DNA of 64,000 nucleotides, taken from contig CDRNVI010000054.1 of the NCBI GenBank assembly GCA_977017575.1, positions 434,001 through 498,000 of the forward strand. The letters are read 5' to 3'. Position 1 is the stretch's first letter; the number at the start of each line of letters is the position of its first letter. Positions 55,553 to 64,000 of this stretch are shown here, one piece after another. Below the pieces are notes generated by a model. That model saw only the letters and a list, made by a program, of their open reading frames with translations. It did not search any database and had not been told where the DNA came from. The DNA comes from Paramoeba atlantica (Eukaryota > Protista > Discosea). A program made the translations under genes and the position numbers.

Positions 55553-57764
55553 CAGCTTCAAATATGGACTGCACATTATTGCCATGATCAAGTGTGTCGG
55601 AAAGGTTTTTTTCAGCGTGAAGTGCGACGGAATGCTGTAATTAATGCAAGACAAAGTCTGTAGAGGTCGCATGGAATACATACAGTGACGTTCAAATACG
55701 CCTCAATGCCATGAATAAATATTTTGTATGTGTTCCTCTTCATATTTTCACTGTTTTTGTTCACTTTTTTTCAATAATCGAGGGGTAGTTATACAACCAC
55801 CGCAATACCAATCTAGAAGGAAAATCGTTGGACTCGGAAAATCTTTGAAGTATTTTTTGGGGGAAATTTGGGGGAAAAAAGGGAGATTCCGCCGTGTTGG
55901 GAGTCCGGATCATCTTTTTCTATGATCATTTCTTGGGATGGGAAGGGGGGTATTCCCAGGAGTGTTTTGGCATTACGTCCAAATTTAGTTATGGACATGT
56001 CGTCTGTCATATTCATGCCGCGAATATTTTTCAGGCGGCAGAGGGGTCACTGTCCTTAGCGTACGCTCCATGTGTGGGAGCGTAGTTTTGCTGTTCGTTG
56101 AAATATCCGTTGTCCAATTCATGCTCAAGGTTTTCGAAACTCATCCGAAAACACAACTAGACGACCCCTTCTCTTTTCTACATTTGGCCCTTTTTCAACG
56201 CTCGGCGGACTTCAGTTAATAAATGAAGCGTTTTTTGCCTCATGTTTAATAAATTAGTGAAGCGTTTTTTCAAATCCTGACACTCTGCGCGAGCGTTTGC
56301 ATTATCCTGTTTTAAAATTTGTACTTTGAGTTCTATTTTATTTCGGACTCCACACTCTTAGCTCCTTGCTTTTCAAGATTTCTAAGCTTTCGTTTACCGT
56401 CAAAACACTTATTAAGGTAATTAAAATTAAGGTACCAGAAATTAAGGTAATAATTATGTGTCACTAATTTTTCGGAAAATCTGTCGCAAACTTAATTTCT
56501 CTTTTAGTCGCTTCGTAAAAGGCAGTGGTTATTTTCAACTTAGAACCTATCAGCGTGCATTCAAAAATCATATAAGGTAGGCATGCTTAAAACTCTAGCT
56601 AACCATGGAAATGTGCTCTCATTATGTGAATGAGATCGCTACCTATTTGCTAAAAATTGCATTACTTAAATGCACACGTGCGCGAGATTAAAGGTGTGGT
56701 ATCTAATGTTCTAATTGCGAATTATGATTCTAGGCATGGACTTCAAATATTCTAACTCATCTAGTCAAAGGCGTTGTAGGTCCTTTCAAGTGAATTTTGT
56801 TCACTTGAACAATTTTGTTCACAGTTTCGAAAGATATCGACATCGGAAATATGGGCTATAAACATTAATTAAGGTACCAATAATTAAGGTACCAGAAATT
56901 AAGGTAATAATTTTGTGCCAAAAAAAAGTTACCTTAATTTATATTATTCTTAATTAATGTTTTCACGGTAGTCTTGCAGAGTTTGTCACGCAGCCTCTTA
57001 ATAATTGCATCCTTGGCATTGATTTTTTTCTCGAAAGACTTCAATTGTTTGTCACTTGGATCTGAAATTAATTGTGGAACAGGTGCCTCCTTTTCAGGGG
57101 ATAATGCTTCTTTAAAGCATCAAGGTTGGTGTCGTCATCAGCTCCGCGCGATCCATCGGAGTTAAGACCCTTTATTTCCCCTGCCGCTTCTAAAAACTTT
57201 GCGTCTAACCCAGGCGACAATGGTATATTTCTTTGTAATCGGCCTGGTAAAAAAAGGAACGGGTGAGAGGGCCGAACATTGGACACTGATCGCGGGAAAG
57301 AGTTTAGGAGGAAGTGTTGCTGTTGGAAGAGGGGAAGGCGGCGTTTTTCGTTCCACTGATGAATCTCTAGAAGAAACACTAGAAGAGGCGCTACAAGGAG
57401 GTGAATCGCCAGAAGAATCAGAAGAGCTACAGTAGAAGTAGAGTAGGTAGAGGAATCTGATAAGGATGACAAGATGTCTTCCTCCGGGAACCAGATCCAA
57501 AAGAAGCGCAAGTGACATTTGATTCAAAATCAGATTCCATCGATTCAGAATAGTCTGATTCCATTTTATCTGATGGATGATAATCGGTATCGTCCCTTTC
57601 CGAAAGAATCGCCCCGCTTGATAGTTCTTCACTATCGCTACAACTCATAGGCCGTTGATCGAATAAATAAAACCTGGAGGTCCTCTGAAATATCGAGAAA
57701 GTTTAAAATGTGTAACATTTCGTTACCTCGCTTGTTTTGCGACCGACCCCCTAGATCTCTGTCG

Positions 57765-57872
57765 CACTTTGACCCCCCCCCCAGTTATCTATCGCACCCC
57801 TACCCTACTTATACACTTGTATGTCACCTTTTCTCGAAAAGTAGCGATAGATAACTAGGGGAGTACAGTGTA
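57765..57872. mobile_element. Small MITE-like remnant
   Basis: CCAGTTATCTATCGC / GCGATAGATAACTAGG inverted pair with C-run and G-run flanks. Confidence 0.45.
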
Positions 57873-58466
57873 TAGAAAACAGCAAAATATAGAAAAACCG
57901 TTTAGCGAGGAACAAAAGTGGCATATTATCATGCATACGCGAGTACGGTACTCAGCCAAATGAAGTACCTAGGGCCTTGAGTAGCCGATTACCATACTTG
58001 CGTACCGTACGCATGGTACTTGGTGTTACCCGTAACATAAAATATGAGGAATCAAACACCATCTGTGAGATGGCAGTGTCAGGGAAGATCGAGAAGTTTG
58101 TAGGTCCACGGGCAATGAACACTCCTGTGACCATTATGAAATGTCTCTTTGACACTTTTTATGTTGGTCATTGAAGTAATGAAAGATGAAAAGTGAATGC
58201 GCGCCGGCCCCTAAGTGAGTGAGAGAGGGCAACACAACGGAACTCGCGTGGGGTTCATGTAATGTAGAGTTCGTGCTGTAGGGGCTGCGCGATTTGGGAA
58301 CTACTGTATATTGGAGGGATAACAAGAAAATGGTTATACTAGTAGTTGGGGAAAAGTTATAACCCTGATGTTTGGTACATTTTATTCTATACACGTAGAA
58401 TATGTAGAGAATATGTATACACGTAGAATAGATGTAGAACTTGCAATATGTATGTTACACAGAGCG

Positions 58467-60200
58467 CTATGTTCCACCTTCATTGTCTGTAATGTCAACT
58501 GACTCATCCGTGTCACTTTCTTCATCACTTCCCGGTATCAGATATTCATGCTTCTCCTGGTTGGCGGGAATGAATATGACCCGGTTGGCCACAACTTGGA
58601 GCGGCGTGCGAGATTGCCTAGAATTATACATCTACGATAGAACTGAAAGCCAACTGTCATACTTGGATACCAGAGGTGGTGTCCAAATGAAGTGCATAGC
58701 AGCTCGAAATATAGACTATATTTATAGTGCTGTAGGACCTATAACACTATAATAGTAGGAAACATACTACAATAGTGTTAGTATGACACTATGATAGTAG
58801 GAAACATCTCGCTGCCTATTTCTAGCCACTAAGCATTTTCATCGTCGTGTATCTCTGGATTTCCATCGAAAGCCAAGACAAGATCCCCATTCCTCCCACT
58901 CTTGTTCTGAAATATTGAATTAAGGTTGAAGCGCTTTAGGTGTACCAGCATTTTCATCGTTTCAAGTTTCATTTCCAGTTCATGCCTGGCAAGCCGGAAG
59001 GGCATTTTGTTTTGCGGTTCACACGCATGCAACGTGACTACAGCAGCTAGCACATCAAGCTTCTTGTGGTCCATCAGACCATGCGAGTTCCTCTCGCCGA
59101 TTCCATATCACGTAGCTTCCGAAGATTGCACTTCGTATCATTTGTTGTAAACAAGATGATATTGCTTCTTCATCCCCGTCGAAGACTGCGCCGCGTTGAG
59201 ATGCCGTTGTGTTGGGCATTCCTCTTGCTCCAATCCTAATTTGTTCGCATCAGGAAAAAAATAGGTTGCAGTCCACACGGCCGTGCGTGCTGTAGAATGA
59301 AAGCAAGACGAAACCACACAACGTCCTTCCAGATATTCATGTGGTTTTTATTGAGACGGCGCATATGGTGTTGCATCACAATGTCAAGTCCATCAGGACC
59401 TTCACCAGAACAAGTGTGTTCATATAATTCCTCCAACGTTTGCGCAACTTGCGTCGCCATGGGCTTATTCATCATATCAGAAAATTTGCGGAGTGCAAGA
59501 TGAAGTACATTGCATTTGTCGAGAAATTCTCGGCTTTGCCATTTCAGGGCTTCCGAACCATGCTCCAGGAGAAGTTGGTAACATCAACGAACAGATGCGC
59601 TAACGTGACGTCGCTTGGCAATTTCAGTGAAAATGAACGTAGCCACGCAATCCAGACCAGTGTATAAAAAAGACAGAGACGTAAACTTGTCTCCACGCCA
59701 GCGCGTGACACCTCCAAGCTTTGGAGTTGACCCAGCTCTTCGTCCCCCTGCGTCACGGAGAGCGGAAACAATGATGGAGATGCCTTTCAATAAGACGTTA
59801 TGTTTATGTAGCCTCTGGGTTGTGGATTCAGGCACAAACAGGTGGCTTCTTTGAACCGCTGGCGAAAACGGATCGTTTGTGACCAGCATCGCTCTATGGG
59901 TTCATCTTCAAGCTGCCGCCACACTAGGGCGGAGCGTAGAGCCTCTAGCTTTGATGCCCGATAAAACCTTGAGAGGCATGCACAAAGAGCCAGGAAGGCT
60001 TCTCCGGTTACACACACCGTGAACTCCCAAGAGATGCTGAATTCTTGAAAATTCAAGAGACTGTCTTCGATCAGTTTCTGGGGCCACAGCAAATTGAGGG
60101 AGCTCTGAGTGCACATTTACTTGAATCAGTCTTTGTGTGTCAGCCTGTATGGCTTCATCACTTATACAGCGTCGTCTGGACCAGGCCATAGTAATTATGT
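58467..60200 (-). mobile_element. hAT-like transposase pseudogene
   Basis: Fragments LHKHNVLL, GVTRW and RLAFILQH. The C-terminus WLEIGSEMFPT/IFRAAMHFIWTPPLVSKYDSWLSVLS*MYNSRQ..VVANRV matches the ORF at 1-533. Confidence 0.72.
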
Positions 60201-60798
60201 TGTACATTGTATATTCAAGAGAATACATTAAATTTTCTGGAACTGTTCTTTTATTTTGAACCTCTTTGGAGCCCACTAGGCCGATATTACTTTCGCGACT
60301 TCGCGCATTGCCTATCTAAGTGATGTTGATTGGCTACTTTATGTAAGAGACTTTACTGTTTTGCAGAGCTGTATATGAACGAAAATATCATATCTACTGT
60401 ATATGAATGAGAACCTATATTGAGAAGTTCTCGCGTTATATTTGAGTCAAAGCAATTCTAATCAACATTTTCGGGGAAAAAAGTATTCATTTTTAATAAC
60501 GCCGATATTGTAAAAACGGATGGTGAGCCCACGTACTACGTTCTGAATTCTGTATTGTTAAAAGCAATTTAAGGCAGGATACTACGCATTAAACGCCCCT
60601 CATAATTCTTTTTAAGAGCGGATTAGTTTTTTCTCAAGCCCAATTATTCTGATCTGGATTTTCAACGTTTCGCAAAAAATTGAAAGCAGATCTTTGAAGA
60701 GATAAGCAACATAACTTTACGTGCCTGTAAACAATGGCCCCTACGTGTCTGTATCAATCGGTTGAAATCACTATATTAACTTTTATTGCGACCCCGAG

Positions 60799-61913
60799 CT
60801 ACTGCATCCGAAACTTGTTGTTCTGAACCACTGGGCCAGAACGACTACGCTTGTAGGCGCTGTTTTGCCCGTGCAAGAAGTCGCTTGGTACGATCTTCAC
60901 CTTGCAATCGCGGATTTCATGGCCTCTTTTTCCGCAGTGACGGCACGTACCGCGTGGAGCGCGTGGATAGTTCCACGCTTTGATGACTGAGGGGACTTTA
61001 CCGGGGATGGGTCGTTTGTAGGCGTTTCGTGCCACTGGGGTTTGAGGGGCTGAAGAAAATGTCCCAGCCGAAACCTTGTACACAGTGGACGCATTGCGGT
61101 TTACCACTGCCAACGCACGTTCGTACCCCACGAGAATGGCCACAATGGATTTATTGGTGGTTTCAGTATGGTTGTCGAGCATGAGGTGCTCGAGTGTCTC
61201 TACAGACACCGCAGCACCCTCATGCCGTAGGCGGTGCATGAGCAACACCGCCCCCATCTTACACAGGAGGGACCAAATGCCGAGTCGCATGCCCTCAGAA
61301 TTGATGCTTTCTATCGGGGCATCAGGAGGGGAGTCTGCCAAAAGCTTGGCGTAGTACACCATGTCAGGCCGGTTGCCTACCGACTCCTTCACTGCCTGCT
61401 TTACGTGTGGCGAGAGCCACGTTTCTGTACTGAAACCGGTGTCTAACTTAGGCACTGTTGTAGTTGGACATCGCATCGAGGGTCTTCGCGCGTCCCAATA
61501 AGACTATAAAAGGCTTTTCGTAGGTCCTTATTGCTTTGGTCTCCGCGAGTGGGAATTTCTGTTTCTGCGACCGGGACAGCTTCAGAGTGTTCCAACTCTG
61601 CTGAAAGCGCGTAAAGCGCATCTCGCAAGCTGACGGATGAAAAGTCGCCGCGCACCATCGCAGCAAGAGTCCGTCGGACTATACGCGCTTCATTCACAGT
61701 ATTTCTCTTTTCCGTCATGACAGCATCACTCTCAAGGATAGGAGTCGTGGACTTCTTTTCTTGTACATACTGAATGGCTTTTGGAGGCATCCTAACTAAT
61801 TCTTCCCGAACAGTTACTCCCAATCGTTTTAAGGAGAAGAGCACTAGGAAAGCACACTTTGTGCTTTGTGTCGCGTAATTTTCAGGGGGGGACGAAAGTA
61901 ATGTGTCTGGCAT
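60799..61913 (-). mobile_element. gag-like frameshifted ORF pair with a CCHC zinc knuckle
   Basis: CRHCGKRGHEIRDC near the C-terminus; two overlapping ORFs (61443-61913, 60799-61476); no adjacent RT seen. Confidence 0.5.
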
Positions 61914-62049
61914 AAAATTAATGATCAGGTAAGAAAGTATTGGCGTATACAGAGACGGTCTTCACAACTACGGCGCTTTCACAACTACGGCATTAAGATA
62001 AGTCATAAGAGAAGCGTGCTAGGGGACGAACAAGTGTCGGTCGAAATGT

Positions 62050-62450
62050 AAAGGAGAAAATGGCTGACGTGCTTTCGGCAAGAATTCCCACCACCGGGTT
62101 CTCGGTGCAAACAACGTCGCATCTGATCATTACCCCGGAGGTCAACCATGAACTGGTTCCCATGATCGGGACATTCGGGAAGGACCAAGAGACCGTGTGC
62201 CTTCATAGATTTCTCCGCATCTTTACGATATGGAATAGCGGCAATGCTTCGACAAAGTCTCACGGAGGCGTACCCCGGACACCCTCTACAAACAGGTCAA
62301 AGCTCAAGATTTCGCCACGTACGGCGAATCACATGTACAACGAATCACATGACGCTCATAATCATCCAGCTGTTGAGCTGCGTATTCGAAGGCCCCATGA
62401 AACCGCGCAATGAACCTTTCCAACCATTGATAAGACGAATTTTCGTCCTC
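62050..62450 (-). mobile_element. Second Merlin-family copy, N-terminal fragment only
   Basis: VCRGCPGYASVRLCRSIAAIPYRKDAEKSMKAHGLLVLPEC aligns with VCRGCEGFAFVRVWRNMRYIPQGEAAEVWIKNHGLLSEPQC of the 36-kb copy. Confidence 0.72.
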
Positions 62451-62529
62451 GTAAGAAAAGCCTTGACACAGACAAAAAAATGTACTCGACCTCGCCGTGG
62501 GAGGTACCTTACTAGGGGTTTGCCTAAAA

Positions 62530-62582
62530 AGGACCAAATCTTTCTTACTGGAGGGCTGCCTTACTGGGGGGTATACGATAGT
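62530..62582. mobile_element. Solo terminus of MITE family B
   Basis: GACCAAATCT..TTACTGG..TTACTGGGGGGTATACGATA. Confidence 0.6.
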
Positions 62583-63067
62583 CTTCGAATTCACCACAAG
62601 AGCCGTTAAAAAGAGGCGAACCATTATCCAACCCTCGTTTCGTACCTTGTCATCAGGGGGCGTCAGAAAAAAAGGATCCATTCTCACGACGTGTTGTCCA
62701 CTTGATAAACCGTGGATTCAACCATTGCGCTGCATTGAAAAAATTCCAGACATGCTCGCGGCGGGGGCGTGCTCGGTGACCTCGGTTATGGTTCTTCTGA
62801 AGTGATGGGCTCCGTTTGTAAGTATCCTTCGAGTTCATTCAATGCACTCGAAAAGCGAGTCACTGTTGGAAAGGCTAGTACATCGTAAGAATGAGAACGT
62901 CACAAATAGGTCCTCATTGCCTAAGGAAGCGATGCCGCTAAACCCATTGGGAATGAAATCATTCCATGTTTATGAAATTTATGAAAAGTTTTTTACAAAA
63001 AAAATGAACCTGCACCGTATACTGCCGGTGACCCTATATTTTAATCCACACAATTATCTTTACCTAC

Positions 63068-63727
63068 ATGACTTCTTTGCAAATTTTTAGCGCGTCCGAT
63101 GTCCCTGTGCGACTCGGAAGAGTCAGCGCTGCTTCTCTCCCTGAAGAGCAGCTACTGGATCGATTTCTTCAAAACATTACCTCAAAATCATACAAGTGGA
63201 TTTCGGATGTCCCGGTATGTGAGTGGCCTAGTGTAACATGTTGGGAAAACGGAAAAGTCGCTCAGCTCTCCCTCGCATGGAAAACACTGCGCGGCACGCC
63301 ACAATGGGAATATCTCCCCGCTACAATGGAGCAGCTATATCTGCACGAAAATGAGCTCTTTGGGCATATTCCACTCGCATATCTGCCTCGAACGCTCCGC
63401 ATGGCATATTTATCGCACAACCGGTTTTCCGGGGAACTGAACTTAGAAGATTTACCGCGTGATATGCGGAAAGTCCGAGCCTCGACCAACTGGCTTAGTG
63501 GAACACTAGACTTCAGCTACCTTCCACGGTCAATGGTACACTTCGTGATTGCAGAAAACAATTTTACCGAAATTCTGCATTTCGAAGATCTCCCCCGCAG
63601 TCTTGAGTTACTCTACCTACAAGAGAACAACGACCTTCAAGGCTTTTATCGGAAAAATGATCTACCGCCGGGTCTCCTTTCAGAATGTTCTTTTCAATTT
63701 GGTGGAACTGCTATACAGTTATATTGA
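63068..63727 (+). CDS. LRR family copy 11
   Basis: SASD..RLGRVSAASLPEE leader, PVCEWPSVTC cap and 5 repeats. Confidence 0.88.
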   Translation: MTSLQIFSASDVPVRLGRVSAASLPEEQLLDRFLQNITSKSYKWISDVPVCEWPSVTCWENGKVAQLSLAWKTLRGTPQWEYLPATMEQLYLHENELFGHIPLAYLPRTLRMAYLSHNRFSGELNLEDLPRDMRKVRASTNWLSGTLDFSYLPRSMVHFVIAENNFTEILHFEDLPRSLELLYLQENNDLQGFYRKNDLPPGLLSECSFQFGGTAIQLY

Positions 63728-64000
63728 CGAGTGAGTTGTGTTTCTTTCATTATTCTTTTTTTAATATGGTAGGGTTGTTCATTACCGGGAAACACAATCG
63801 TTTTTGTCTTTTTTCTCATCGATTTACTTATTTTCGATTCATATCCATCTACTATTCACAAACACTTCTTTATACGTTAGTTATAAAATTTACTACTCAG
63901 AAACACATCCTGAATACGTTGGTTCAGGAAAAGTACAAGGAAAAGTACAAAAGGTGCACTTTTTTTCTATTTTTTTCTTTTATAAACTCTCTATGCGCAC

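Overview
Eukaryotic, intron-free DNA in which every confidently identified host gene lies on the + strand. These are Hsp110, protein phosphatase 5, glucosidase II alpha, a TPM-domain membrane protein, an orphan ORF, SSRP1, RNA polymerase II RPB2, a Sec14-like protein and about 11 copies of a small LRR gene family. This layout, together with the Hsp110 and LRR sequences, points to a kinetoplastid polycistronic unit, most plausibly from a Perkinsela-like organism (inference, not database-checked). The intergenic DNA is largely decayed mobile elements: hAT, pogo, Tc1/mariner-like, Merlin, a Harbinger-like element with a 6-bp target duplication, CRE-clade non-LTR retrotransposons, a gag-like ORF and several MITEs. 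The most unusual signal is a repeated switch from C-rich to G-rich sequence on the same strand inside the conserved genes. It flips synonymous codon endings mid-ORF and spills into flanking non-coding DNA. All calls come from reading motifs by eye; no searches were run. No rRNA, tRNA or CRISPR array was recognised.
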